A DNA stretch of 63,720 nt, counting the filler, from Folioceros fuciformis (lineage: Eukaryota), in the NCBI GenBank assembly GCA_049999805.1. It is 7 parts of 7 records of this genome, joined end to end, with 100 filler letters (N's around TTAATTAATTAA, not from the genome) between each part and the next. Parts side by side here need not be neighbours in the genome. Positions count along the whole stretch, not along the records: positions 49,702 to 57,767 come from JBNGIO010001028.1; positions 57,868 to 61,064 come from JBNGIO010001029.1; positions 61,165 to 63,720 come from JBNGIO010001031.1; 4 more parts are not named here. One strand, given 5' to 3'. The notes under the pieces are model-generated. The model searched no databases, had not been told where the DNA came from, and worked only from the letters and a program-made list of their open reading frames with translations. A program made the translations under genes and the position numbers. Below, in pieces: positions 49,702-63,018 of the stretch. Position 1 is the first letter of the stretch. The number at the start of each line of letters is the position of its first letter.

Positions 49702-50207
49702 ATATGTATGTATGTATATACAGTATGTACGTATGACGTCGATATCACTCGGAATGACGACGTACAACACGGAATCTCTGTCCTACAACATTCACGATCC
49801 CATCCGTATTCAAAAAGCCACCACCCTTTGTCTGGACAAAACTGCAGTTTGTCAGTACAGGAGGTGCGGGCTGGGCCCACGCTCTTTATCCAGACAAGCT
49901 GCAAATTGCAGCAAAGGAACCACGGCAAGCCGCATTTCCTCTCACCAGGTTAATTCTAAGAAAACCTCAGACGATGTCTGTTCGGGTGTGAAGACTGGAA
50001 GGGCGAAGCGAAGGGCGAACGGCGAGTGGAAACATCAAACCAGGCCTGCATATGAACCAGTCTGTACAGTCCATCAACAGGGGGTACTGAAAGATGTACA
50101 AGGGGATAGAAAACATGGGAAGACATGCCAAGGAACAAATTCGGACACAGCCTGGGCAACGCACAAGATCAACAGAGTTCGCAGACATAAACAGAGGCTA
50201 TGGATGG

Positions 50208-50268
50208 CACACGCAATAGCACCACAATAGCCACACGCAATAGCACCACAATAGCCACACGCAATAGC
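50208..50268. repeat. 24-bp tandem repeat CACACGCAATAGCACCACAATAGC, about 2.5 copies
   Basis: Read directly from the sequence. Confidence 0.88.
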
Positions 50269-51137
50269 CCTTAGGCTAGGCAACTACCAAGGAGGTAAGC
50301 CCTATCTAGACTCGAGAGTGCAATATCCTAGTATATCCTAATAAACTAGATTAAGTAGCAGAGGATTAAAGCTCTAACAAGAATGCGGGGAGCCAGCAGC
50401 TGCACCTGCACGCACCGTGCTCAAGACACCAGTAGGTTTTCCATGCTTACATAGCATCCAGGACGCTTTTATGGTGTGTGGCCCGTTTCGTCTAGTAACA
50501 AAGTGCTGCAAACAGATTTTCGGAGGGAGAACCTGGCGTGGAGGACTTTGAGATGTTAGGCAACAGAGCTCTCTGCGGAGGAAGGAATTCGTCGCAACCA
50601 AACACAGTACGGACTGAAGCGCACCGGTAGGCGACGACGAGAAGCAGAGAGGGCCGGTGACAAACCTCACTCCGTGGCGCGCGCGGTGCGGAATCCTTCT
50701 TCTCCCCAAGCGAGTCTGAACAAGTCAGGTATGAAGAAACAGCTGCCGCACTACAGGCAAATGCTATACAGACCAGGCATTGTAGCAGAAGGGAGTGCCC
50801 AACGAGTGCAGCAGCGCACCCCGCCACGCTCATGTTTTGGCTCACTCACCTCCTTACTGCCTCCACCTCGGCAGGTTTCAATAAACACCATGCTTTCGAA
50901 ACACAGTTTGAATTCATCTAAATCAATAACCTGTTATTTCTCCATGATAATACGTATTATCATCTCCATGTCACGATGTCAAATCCACTATTTATCTATC
51001 GACGTGGTTGTACAGTGTCAGGCGCAAGGCTGTACGCTGCACAGCCACCGCATTGAATTAATGTACAATCGTAGGCCAATGCAGATTGATGCAGAGCCCA
51101 TGTCTACTCCTAAATCACCAACCGATAGTAGATAGCT

Positions 51138-53229
51138 CTAGCCCTGTAGAAGGTACTTGGAGAAAGGGAAGTTGATGCTCCGTGCAACCTGTGAAGAACC
51201 AACCCAGGTGCCGAAGTGTGAGTGGACGCAGTTTCTAGCGAGGTGTTCCTGGCTGAAGCTGAAGGGACAGGGGGAAGCCTAGGTCACTCACCTCTTGGAT
51301 GAAGTCCTCATCCACGTTGCAGCAATATCTAGAAGAGCCTTCCAGCGGGTTGCTGCATCCTTTGACGAGCAAGTTTGCGCTGACGAGAGAGGAAAGCTGC
51401 ATCAACACGTCTGCAGTTATGGAGACAGATACCGCATTGTCTGAATCCAGACACACAAATCCACTTCCAGTAGCGTCTGCTGCGTGGTGGTCCACTACGC
51501 ACTTGAAGATAGCCAAGAGTCTTTCCAGAGGGAAACTGCCGGGGCCTTTTAAATGCTTCTCACGTATCTGGAGGTCTTTCTTCTCCAGTGACACCACAGA
51601 ACATCTGAAACGGAAAGCACCAAGAGGTTGGGTCAGATTGACACCATGGACACAAGGACCCCCCACAAGTGTGATGCCACAAGCTTGGAAAATCGTGTCA
51701 CCTTCTCTTCTTCGGGCCCCTAGGTGCATCGGTCGAGTCAAACAGGGCGCCATCCAGTGTTGCGGCATTTCTCGACGCAATATATGCAGCCAGTAGGAGA
51801 TATTTGCTGCATGCCGTAAGGTGGAAATCCGACTGTTGTACTGTTTTTCTCTTAGTTGAAGTTCTCCATCCTGACGTTCCTCGGCCTTCGCTGCTTGCAT
51901 GATGGGAGGCATACTCTTCGATGGGGAACGTCTGACCAAGCGCTGAACGCACATGCTCCTGCACCAAAGTGCACAGCTTTCTCTTCCCAGCATTGGTGTC
52001 AGGATTGACCAATCCTTTAACCACTGGCTCACAGTATTTCTTGAACAGAGGCTCCAGACTTTGGGCTAGATCAGTAAGCCTGCCAGTCGTCTTACTGAAC
52101 GGTTTTAAGACAGCTCTGCAACCCAAGGAGCAAGCGAACCATCAGTTGAGAACCACATTCGTCCAACCAGTTCCGGAGTTCAGGGTTTATCCTGAGATAT
52201 CACTCACCTCAAAAATGCACCGTATAAATCAGAGTGATGCGGGGATTGCTTTAGAAGGATCTTGGATAGCTGATCGTCGGTATAGTCAGGAAAGAACACA
52301 GGGCTGAGCTCCCGGAAACCAGTACTGGAGTAAAAAGAGTCCGGTCCGAGACTGCTGATGAAGATGGGCCCTAGATTCGGCAACCTTGCAAGCTCAGGCA
52401 GTCTCACAAGTGCAGACAGTAAGCAGCTTCCTCCAGCCCACTCCCGTATCAACTCCAAGTTATCAATAATTATGTATACAACCTCACGTCCTGCCCTCCG
52501 GAAATCACAGTCCTGGTGACCCTGTGCAATAACACTGTAGTGAGCATTAATACACTGGGGAACAAGAAATCCTTCACCAGACAAACCAAAGGACAGCCAC
52601 GCTCACCTAGTATTCCCCTGAACAGGTGACCGAGATATGGCCTTAGCACAAGCATCGGCAAGATAATCGATGAACTCCGTGACCCTATCACATCGCTTTG
52701 CACTGCTGTAATTGTTGCTGGCCGACCGCACATGGCCTGCAAGCTGGTTGAGAATACTTTCAAACAACAGCCTGGGACTGTGGCAGGACCTTATGCTCAA
52801 GTAAGCATGAGGCCTTCCAAGCAGCTTAAACACATGTCGGACAATCCTCGTCTTGCCCGTGGCAGACGAGCCATACACTAGCAAAGGAGGAAGATAATCG
52901 AACGGATCTCCAACCAGCCCCAGAAGCTGCTTGATCTCCGTCTCTCTCCCAGGAAAGTGCTCGCAAAGGTGCCTGTTGAGATCATGGAGTGACAGCGGGC
53001 TGCATTCTCCCGCATATCCTCCACGGCAACAATGCGACGTGCTAGGAAAGTCCGCAGCGGCTGCTCCTGCTTCGGAATCCAGCGACTCTCGCCGCGAACA
53101 TTGAAGAACCGAGGTCGGGCTACAAACGACCGCAAGCTCCTCGATCTTGTCAGAGGCATGATCCTGAGATTGAGCAGCATCCTCCTTCGGGAGCTGAAAG
53201 TAACTGGGACTACCTTCCACTTCCGCCAT
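51138..53229 (-). CDS. ORC5: Origin recognition complex subunit 5, multi-exon
   Basis: FPGRETEIKQL, Walker A VYGSSATGKT, YIIIDNLELIR, FPDYT, KYLLLAAYIASRN...DGALFD, KGPGSFPLERLLAIF and last exon VARSINFPFSKYLLQG*. Confidence 0.95.
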
Positions 53230-53470
53230 CTGGCGTCCTCCCCTTCCGGACTCCTCTACTAGCCGGACGGTTCCAACATTCCCCTGGAACCTCACCAGAA
53301 GGACGGATGTTTACCACGACAATGCTGCCTCCTCAAAGTCGTTCAAAGTCGTATCAAACATTTCACAGCCGCCGACGTACTGCGCCTTACACACTCTTGA
53401 TGAAAATCAAGCACCGAGCAGATTCAACGACGCCAATCAACACCAGAAGCTCCCCGCGCAGCACAGAGTT

Positions 53471-53610
53471 GGCGGGAAAATGCGCACACCTACAGAGCAC
53501 AGTGGAGCGGCGCTGAACGTTGGCAAATTCGCTCCAGAATCCGCTCGTCACGCGTTCGACCCCTTGCAGGGTGGGAAGAAATGTTTCCCGCCTTCTCTCG
53601 GATTTCCCGC
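53471..53610. promoter_or_regulatory. Three E2F sites (TTTCCCGC) upstream of ORC5
   Basis: GGCGGGAAAA at 53471-53480 and TTTCCCGC at 53584 and 53603; E2F control of ORC genes is established in plants. Confidence 0.75.
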
Positions 53611-54109
53611 TCTGTCCTGGTATCCGATGGCAACGATCCCACAAGGCGAAAAACCCGGCCGGCGAAACTGCAACAGGGCCAGCGTCCCGCGTGATTGGCC
53701 GCGGCGAATGGCCCTTTCGTTGGCGATACGTCCACGGCGAGACGGGCGGGCGAAATGACGAATACGGGAAAGGAAGCCTAGTCATGGCGCAGGCTCTCAG
53801 CGAAACGGCCGGGTACTGAGACATTTTGCTGGCCTCCAGTCCTAGCTATGGTCATCCAGGCACCCCATCCAAGCGTGGTGTATAGGTAGAGCTGTTTCTT
53901 CTTTTGGGGATTACGGAAGGACGGAGACGCGTTCGAAGACTGACTCGATTCTCGATGATGGACTGAAAAATTCTCACATGCGAATCTGTGTCGTGATCCC
54001 CAGGCCTGAGGACGAATTGAACAATAGCGGGATGAATTCTGCAACCCCTATACTTTCCCAGATGGCATGGTCGGACTCATTTTTTTAAATCTTGAGGTCG
54101 CAGCAGGCG

Positions 54110-56427
54110 ATGGCGGAAACTGAGGTTGCGAAGCTCCTGGGTGAAAATGCACGCCTGCAGAAAGAGGTCGCAGAGCTGCAGCGGAAGCTGGGTCAGCTCT
54201 CCAAGGATGGAGATGGTGCCTCGAAGATGGCCAAGGTGGTGAGTAATGAGGGAAGGCGGGGTGCGTGCGAAGGAGTGCAGATAGGGCACGGGCTGCCTGC
54301 TGACATGATTCGAAGGTACAGCCGGCAGGTTTTGCTTCCATCCTTCGGGGTGCAAGGTGGGTGTCATAGTTTGCGGAAGTAGACAGGTGATCCTGCCGAT
54401 TTAGTCAATTGTGTGTTTTGATTTTCTGTGGCTGGGCCGGAAATCAGGTCAGGAAAGGTTGTTAAATTCGTCAGTGCTGGTGGTTGGAGCTGGAGGGTTG
54501 GGCTCTCCGGCGGCCTTGTATCTCGCTGCAGCTGGATTTGGTGAGCTACTTTGGGCCAGCATGTTGTTTAAGGGTGGAAACTTTTTTGTCTAGAAACTCT
54601 GGAAGTCTGACTGGATTCCGTTTCCGTTTTACTTTCAGGACGTCTCGGAATTGTTGACAGGGACACGGTGGAGCTCAACAATTTGCACCGCCAGGTTAGT
54701 GGAGGCGTAGATGAGGCTTCGATATCATGGTTGTGAGATTGTGCTTCCTTGCGCCATCAGTTTTTCTTAAATTTTTCCACCTGGAATAGGTCATTCACAC
54801 CGAAGCATCTATTGGTTTCCCAAAGGTCACGTCTGCAGCTACAGCTTGCCGGGAGTAAGCGGCTTCTGACACGTGATGTGTGTCACTTCTTCGGTATGAA
54901 AGTCATCGTTCTCAGAATAAGGGCTTCTGTGAGTGCAGTATCAATTCTTCCCTTGATGTGAGGGAGCATCACGATGGGCTGGATGCGGGTAACGCTGTGG
55001 ACATCATCAGCCAGTATCCTGCAGATGTTGTTCTCCTTCAATTGCTCACCCCCCCTAGAATATTTGCCGTTCGAGTGTCTGTGATGGATGCATGGTGCAC
55101 CTTGACCTGCCAGCAGATATGATGTTGTAGTGGATGCAACAGACAATTTACCTTCAAGATACATTATCAACGATGCCTGTGTTATTGCGGGGAAGGTAGT
55201 GGTGACGTTCGCCTTTGACCCTCTGCCTCTCCCCACCTCTTCTGTGCATTCAGAGACCAATTACAACGTGACCTGATGCAAGTTTCATGTCCTCATCCAG
55301 CCTTTGGTCTCAGGAGCAGCTCTGGGTCTGGACGGTCAGGTACGGCTATTGAGTTCATAGCTCTTCTCTTCCAATTTTCATGTGAATCCGGTTATTTCTT
55401 TTTAACGACTCCTTCCCATGCTGCAGTTGAGTGTGTACAACTACAAAAACGGACCATGCTACAGATGCTTGTTCCCTGCACCCCCTCCGCAAGCAGCATG
55501 TCAGAGGTGCTCTGACAGTGGAGTGCTTGGTATAGGTGAGCATAGTGTGTGAACGGCCGTATAGAATGTGCAATGCCTGCTACGACCAGCCACGTAATGT
55601 ATTCTGCTTTCTGTATGCAGTTCCAGGTGTTATTGGCTGCCTTCAAGCCCTTGAGGCAATCAAGGTTGCCAGCGGGTTGGGGAAACCTCTCAGCAGTGCA
55701 TTGCTCGTATTTGATGCTGAGCTTTCACGAATACAGACGGTAAGGGATAAAGCTCATGTTCTGGTACCTATACAATTGCAGTTTGCAACGCTGATGCAAT
55801 CCATGGTTCAGGTGAGGTTGAGGGGAAGAAATCCAAAGTGTGTAGCATGTGGAGACAAGCCAGAAATCTCTCACAGCAACATGCAATCCTTCGACTACGA
55901 AGTTTTCACCCAATCAACCTCATCTGACGAGGTACGTGTGTTCTCAATCTACGTGGTAATGTTTCACTGCAGAATGCCGCCTCCTGAGCACATGCGTGTT
56001 GCATGTGCTTGTACCCCAGGCCCCAGGGCGGATCCAAAGGCTGCCACCATCACTCGGTGTCTCCTGCACAGAGTACAAACGCCGGCGCGATCAAGGTGAA
56101 GCTCACCTGCTACTTGATGTTCGAAGTAGGAATGAGTTCTCCATCGTGTCTCTTCCGGATGCGATGAATGTTCCCTTTTCAGATTTAGGCAACCAAGTAG
56201 AGGCAGTCAGATCGGCCTTGGCCGCGGTCTGTAAGAAACCGAGTAGCACCCAGTTAGAGGGTGAGCATGGAGAAGACGTCCCCATTTTCGTGATTTGCCG
56301 GCGAGGAAACGACTCTCAATCAGCAGTTCAACTACTGAGAGCCTCGGGCTTGACTTCAGCTTTGGACATCACTGGTGGCTTAGTTTCTTGGGCCAAAGAT
56401 GTGTGCCCGGAATTCCCTCTATACTAG
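54110..56427 (+). CDS. CNX5: Adenylyltransferase/sulfurtransferase MOCS3 (CNX5/Uba4), multi-exon
   Basis: [65 protein letters not shown] and C-terminal rhodanese domain with ICRRGNDSQ, ending FPLY*. Confidence 0.96.
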
Positions 56428-56961
56428 ACTACAACGAGCTTTGACAGAGTTTGATCATTCATCTGAGTGGTGTATTCTTTACTCCTGAGGGTTAGCCCAC
56501 GGGTTTAGGATCTTCACTTTCAGCGAGCATAATATCTCGATTCTTGCCTACCTTTTCACACTCCGCTTTCCTTTGAGCCGTTATTTGCCCACTTCCTGTC
56601 CGTTTTCACACTTCTCTTCCCTACTAGCCGTTATTTGACCACTTCCTCCCCTCCTAAGGTTTCAACTGCTTTCTCATACACGTAACGTCAAATACTTCAT
56701 AATTTATTACACATTAAGTAAACTTGTAACATATAATACACGGACAGTCCTGCTTGACAGGACCCGGAACTTTGAGCACTACAGTGCAGTAATAGGTCTC
56801 GAAACCCAGATCCACAGCTACGTAGCGTACAACGAGATTGTGGGGATTAAGCACTCCATAGATCAGGCTACAGATAAGACACCACAGGTAAGAAAATGCA
56901 GTGGTCCTTCAACAAGAGGGAGTTTACTAGAGTGGAAGACGTTGTCGACGAATTCACACGA

Positions 56962-57767
56962 CTACACAAGAATGGCCGAAAACATGTGCCTAGCCACTCG
57001 CCAAACTACCCTCAGAACCAGAAACCACAACAAGGCAGATAACGCACCCAGAAGGAACACAAACACGAACCCACTGTTCGATCCCCTGACCACTTTCCTG
57101 GGCTCTCCAGCAAATTGCATGTCCATCTTGGCTTGCCGTAGTTCACATTCGCACGGTCCCCGGCCATCCGATTTGGAAGCTTCCTTCGAATCATCCGCGC
57201 GATGAGAAGGGAAAAGAATGGTGTGCCAAGGCCCCAATACTGTGCTGTAGGCGTGCACCTCATCATCCTTCCCCGCTCTGAAACAATGTTTCACAGCCGC
57301 CTGCAACTGTTCTGCTGCACCAGGGCAAGAACATGAGAAAGTAACAGCAGTAACGCTTGCATTCGTGGCAGTGACATGGATTGCACTGAAGCCAACAGCC
57401 TGCTCCCCGCCTTTCAACCTTTGCTCATCCCAAGTCTGCAAGTGTGCACTGTCGGGATACTCAGCGGCCGATGCTGGCATTGCTGGCATAGACCCCAACA
57501 TCTTTAACAATCCAGAAACAGGACCCTTCAATCTACTACCCTGATCCTCTTTGAGGGGGACACTCAGCGATTGCTGTTTTTCTTTTTCACCTTCCAAAAC
57601 CGGTCTTAGAGTGGAAGGCACCTTCAGGTCCATTACTGTAGATCCTTCCCCCTCCTTACTCTTGTGCGCCTCCCCCTCCCCTCTGTCTGGCTCGTCAAAC
57701 ACACGTAATTCATCTGCCTCCAGGCTTGGGGAGAGCTGGAGCAGGCTTCCGATAACCCTTGCTGACT
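56962..57767 (-). CDS. Partial gene, unknown protein with a C-terminal transmembrane helix
   Basis: ORF of over 240 codons extending toward the gap, ending GFVFVFLLGALSALLWFLVLRVVWRVARHMFSAILV*; no family recognised. Confidence 0.5.
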
Positions 57768-57867
57768 NNNNNNNNNNNNNNNNNNNNNNNNNNNNNNNNN
57801 NNNNNNNNNNNTTAATTAATTAANNNNNNNNNNNNNNNNNNNNNNNNNNNNNNNNNNNNNNNNNNNN
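57768..57867. other. Artificial gap spacer 5
   Basis: 44 N + TTAATTAATTAA + 44 N. Confidence 0.98.
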
Positions 57868-58709
57868 GACGGTAATAAGCACCATCCGAATACATCACCA
57901 ATGAATGATCTTATTTGTGAGAGAATAGATATATCTCCTTGATTAAGGCCAAGCACTCCCGACTCGTCCGGGGTAAACAATCCCTTTTGTATATTCCCAA
58001 CACCAAACGTGAACACAAATCCTTCGAACTTTGTTGGATCAGTAACAGTTGGCAAAGATAATGCATCTGTCAAAAGAAATCCAGATGTTGATGTTCCATC
58101 TCCATACTTCGCAAAATAACTACATACTTCACTTTTTCCATTTTGGCTCCGCGCACAACTTCGTTTCAGTTCCGAACTTGAAGAGCAAAAACGGTCGTTA
58201 CACGGGACTGGAATAAATGAGGCTGAATCCTGAGGAGAAAAATTAGATGCATCTGTTTGGAAACACTCTTGACATCCTTCTAGTTGTGCCCATGTCAAGC
58301 TGCTTCCGGTGTCTATTGATAAACAGAGGCTTTGAGGAGGAGTTCCTATCATAACGGTGGCACAGAACAAGTTAATGGGAAGCACAAAATCATCCTCAAG
58401 GTGCGCAGTAACATTCTTGTAGCTAAGAAGATTCATCCTCCTCCAATCTTGTAACATTGGTTTTTGTCCTGGTGATAAATGGTCCAGCAAAATGCCAGGT
58501 ACCACAAGTGGATTGCGTTCTGTAACATCCAATATGAACCTCCATGGAGTATGAACAACACTCGCATTCACAATGTCCCTATGCACAATAGTGGCATTCA
58601 TTGCCTCAAGAAAATCTGGCGTGGTGACACAGAAGAACACTGAAAGATTGCATAATGACAGAACAACCAAAAATATGAACAAAATATAAAAGCTCCTCAT
58701 TTTGACCAT
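57868..58709 (-). CDS. A1 pepsin-like aspartic protease (nepenthesin/TAXi type), 3'-truncated by gap
   Basis: Hydrophobic N-terminus, IGTPPQ, IDTGSSLTW, Cys-rich insert, YGDGTSTSG and SGVLGL. Confidence 0.9.
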
Positions 58710-60456
58710 ATATGAGGCAATACAAGCCTGAGTAACAAAGATGAGATTAGGAAAGATGAATATAGAAAGGGTGTGGAGAGAACAAAAGACTGAATGTGCT
58801 AGAAACCACTTATGCTCTTCTACATATATAGACTTCTTTGGAAAGTTAGCGAGAACCTCTTCTAGTCTCCCACATAAACAATGTAGAGCCCAATCTATAC
58901 ATGAACTTCTTTGAAGACATAGCGAGAACCTCTTATGGTTTTTGGGTCAGACATGGTATAGAGTTTCAAATACTACAATATTGTTTGGGTGTTCTTGCTT
59001 TCTTTTCAGTAGGCTTTAAGGCTTTGGGGTGGAAATTAAAAAAAGAATGTTACATAAACAAAGTACATGTTTGGGTTGAGGCAATTGATTTAAGACATGA
59101 AAAGCTTACATACTAAGGTTAAGAGATGACAAGGGTACTGTACTCTTGCCATCTCTTAACCTTATCCTATTACATGCTTGGGTTAAACCATTTAACAATT
59201 TGTCGAACACCAACTCAAAGTCTGGCGAATGTAGTTCAAACGAAGTTCAATATAAATGAGACTCGTGGGCTAAAAGAGCCACTTGCATGGGGTACCGTGG
59301 TGTGCCACTCGTAAGGCTCTCTCTTGCTTGTCTTCTCCTCTAGTCAAGTCCCAAACATTTTTTGATAGTAAACTTACAACACAATTAGTTAAGATATTGA
59401 ATTACATTCTTATTAACTAAAAAATATTAGTGTGATCCTCTACCATAAAGAGATAAGGTCCAAATAACATTGCCAAAAAGGTTATCGTAGCAAACTATAT
59501 ATCACATGGCGTTCCATCATATTTTAATCTCAAAAGAATTTTGGGAGCTGTGTATTTTGTAGTTGCACAATAATTATTTTAGAATTTCGAAGGGATCTCA
59601 TCAGCTATATAATTTGTGGTTGCACAATAATCATTTGAATTTGTTTTGTGACAGCCCATTGCGACCAAGTCCTAAATTTATAATTTTTAAAACTTTGAGA
59701 ATGGATATTCATTTAGATGGATATCATAATTCTAATGAAAATAAGAAAGGAGTGATGAGCTATGTACTATTTAGTTCCAATCCTGTAGATGGTATTGTTT
59801 TATAACTATAGGGTTGAATGTATTATAAGATATGTTGGAATATAGTACTCATTGTTCAGGATATATCCAAGTATAGAAATAGCCAACTTGCTTTCCTAGA
59901 ACATATCCAGAGTGAGTAAAAAGGAGGGTGAGCTTAGTGGCACATTTTTACAGAAGCCGGCACATTTTTACAGAAGCCAGCTTTGTTTCCAAGGACCGCA
60001 TGATCTCCTCTTGGTGCATCTTTGTTGAAGGGACAGCATGATCTTCCCTTACGAGATTTTGCAGAGGCTCTGGACAGATGATGTTCTCTTACTAACTTTT
60101 GCAGAGGTTGTCTCAAGGGACAACACGATCTCTTGCAAGCTTTCGCACAAGTTGTCTTGTACCGGATAACAACTGAAGTTGGATTGAAGAAGAAAGAAGA
60201 ATTCTACTAGATTCCTCTAAGGGACTTGGTGCTTAACAAGAGCTATGAGCAATGGAAGGACCCTAGTGTATACCCTTTGCTCCAATGGTTTCAGGCAAGG
60301 ATGAGGGTAGGTCTGTGGAGGGTGAGACCACCCATCTTCTAGATCTTTACGAACTTCAGAAACAAGGTGCAGAAGATATTGCCGTCTAAGACTTTAGGCC
60401 TGAGAGAAGAGAGAAGTCAGCACTGTAACTACAAGTCTGCAGTGCAACAAGTGCAG

Positions 60457-61064
60457 TCAAAACTTGAAGTCAACTCTGGGACGAAAGAGCTGGTTCCCCA
60501 AGCACCACAGCGAGTGTGCCGAGTCCAAGAGACGATTATGCATCACAGATTGCCAGTCTGTCGTCTGCAAGTCGAACTTCAGCAGATGCCACTCGCCAGA
60601 CACTCCGACAGACAACCAAATGCAGTCTCCCAGCACCACAGCCCCGCCAACGCCCATGAAGTCCTCACCCCCCTCAAAGCTCCGTTTGGCACTGGGAAGC
60701 CACTTGGTAGTGAGGTCGGCGATGGGCAACACGCTCACCCGATTCCAGACCAAATACAGATCATCCAGCACCCCGATCTCCACAGCAGCCTGCCGCCCGG
60801 ACCCCTGCTTATACCCAACCACGAAGTACACCACATCGTTATGCTCAACCAACACCAGATCCCTGATGTGGAAGGAGATGTCCGGCCTGGTCAACATACC
60901 CAGACGCCCTGCAGGGTGAAACCCATCCAGCTGGTATACTACCATGCTGCTCAACGTCTTCCCCGGCACATAGCCCTCACCCGAGGGAACCCCAAATGTG
61001 TTGTACGTGTACATCGCCCTGCTCGTCAGCACATCCAACCTTAACGCGAATTCACGAGGCTGAG
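60457..61064 (-). CDS. Partial ORF, possibly the beta-propeller region of an F-box-associated or kelch-like protein
   Basis: About 200 open codons next to the gap with beta-rich segments (MVVYQLD, VVYFVVG, LLKFDLQTTDW); family not established. Confidence 0.3.
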
Positions 61065-61164
61065 NNNNNNNNNNNNNNNNNNNNNNNNNNNNNNNNNNNN
61101 NNNNNNNNTTAATTAATTAANNNNNNNNNNNNNNNNNNNNNNNNNNNNNNNNNNNNNNNNNNNN
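61065..61164. other. Artificial gap spacer 6
   Basis: 44 N + TTAATTAATTAA + 44 N. Confidence 0.98.
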
Positions 61165-62188
61165 GTGTTGGGAGGACAGGATGGAGTGCAGGCAGTATGG
61201 TGTTCATCTTCCTCATGTTGCGGGAATTGCTGGCCGTGCGGATTTTGGAGCGCAGTCCGTGGCTCTTTCCGGTGGCTATGAAGACGACGAGGATCATGGA
61301 GACTGGTTCCTGTATACCGGCAGTGGAGGAAGGGACTTGAGTGGGAACAAGCGGACTAACAAGGAGCAGTCCTTTGATCAGAAATTCGAGAAATCCAATG
61401 AGGCGCTGCGTGAGAGCTGCCGGAAGGGGTATCCTGTGCGGGTTGTCCGCTCTCACAAAGAAAAGCGGTCTTCGTATGCTCCAGAGCAGGGAGTGCGCTA
61501 CGATGGGATTTACCGCATCGAGATGTGCTGGAGGAAGAAGGGCATTCAAGGCTTTCGGGTATGTCGGTATCTCTTTGTGCGCTGCGACAATGAACCTGCC
61601 CCATGGGCCAGTGATGAGCACGGAGACCGGCTTCGGCCCCTGCCCATTGTCGCAGAGTTGAAGGACGCCACCGACATCACAGAAAGGAAGGGCTCTCCGT
61701 TCTGGGACTGGCAGCAGGAGTCTGGACAGTGGGGGTGGAGCAAACCTCCTCCCCCGAGTCAGAGTGAAGGGCTTCCTGTGTTGTCTGAGAAGCGGAAGAG
61801 GAGAGATACTTTTGCTGGAGAGCAGAAACTTCTCAGGCAGTTCGGGTGTGGCCTGTGCCACCGTGTCCTGGAGCTTCCACTCTCCACACCCTGTGGTCAC
61901 AATTTCTGCAAACCTTGCCTGGAAGATAGCTGTAGTGCTCAGGAGGACTCCCGGCAGCGTGGTGGTGCGAGGAGTAGCTCCTTGCGCGTGAGGAAGCCTG
62001 TGAGGCGCTGCCCTACTTGCAAGACAGACATCAGTGAGTCGTATGCTAATCTTCAGGTGAACCGTCACTTGGAAGATATCATCGAGTCTATAAGAAAGAA
62101 GCAGAAAACAGAAGACTTCGGTGTGGCTGACGGTGATGTTGATGCTGATGCTGATGAGGACATGTCCTCGGATGAGGCAGCGGAGTGA
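61165..62188 (+). CDS. ORTH: ORTHRUS/VIM (UHRF1-like) E3 ligase, SRA-YDG domain plus C-terminal RING, 5'-truncated
   Basis: HLPHVAGIAG, SVALSGGYEDDEDHGDWFLYTGSGGRDLSGNKRT, VRYDGIYRI, RYLFVRCDNEPAPW and RING CGLC...PCGHNFCKPC...CPTC. Confidence 0.95.
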
Positions 62189-63018
62189 ATGACAAAGGGC
62201 ACGAAGGAGAACTGTTTTTTTTTTGTGGGGGGCAGCCCTGGTGCAGTTCTGTGGAATCTGCTGAAGGCAATCGGTGTTCGAGGTGAGGATTTTAACAACG
62301 GAGGAACTGACAAGACTTTGGCTTCACTGACGGACCTGACTCAAAAGCACCACGGTCAATCTTGCCAGAGTCTCAGACGGAAATTGGTTGCAGGGGATAT
62401 GTATGTCAGAACTGGCTAACGTAGGGTAGATCGGGATAGAGCAGAGTAGGTGTGATTTGTATAACAAGGAACTGCAGTATTTTCTCGCGTTTCTCTTCCG
62501 AGAGAGTGCCATCCTCTTGGGCTTCATTGATGTTCTGACATGTGGGTAAGGAGCCGATGGCAGCAAGAGAGCCTTACTTATTTTTTGCACCATAAATGGA
62601 GGTAGGTAGTACTTAAATTAAAAGCATAATCAAATGGAGTGTAGTGGCGTGGAGTGGAGTGGACTGTAATTGTTGGCTTCAGATGCCGGACAAAGCGCAA
62701 ACTTCCAACTCGCTTGTGGGTCTGTCACAGACCTTATTCTGTAAGAATCTGCCTTGCTGACGCTACAACAAGTTTTGAGCCAACGCATTGTAGATTCTGG
62801 AGGAGAAACAATCGTTCCTTCTGATGAGTCGCAGTTTGGTGTTTTATTTCAACCAGCCCTGGTTTGTTCCAGTTGCCTGCTTTGTTTGTCTCTTATGCCG
62901 GCCGCCGGTTGCAGTAGACTCCCCCTCCCGTCCTACCCTTTAGAAAGTCTATGGTACTACTGTAAACTCCAGCTGGAGCCGGAGCTGGAGCTGGAGCTGG
63001 AGCGGGAGATGCTTCCAC

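Noticed and set aside
61109..62068. 319-aa antisense ORF over ORTHRUS
   Set aside because: Shadow of a well-supported gene on the other strand.
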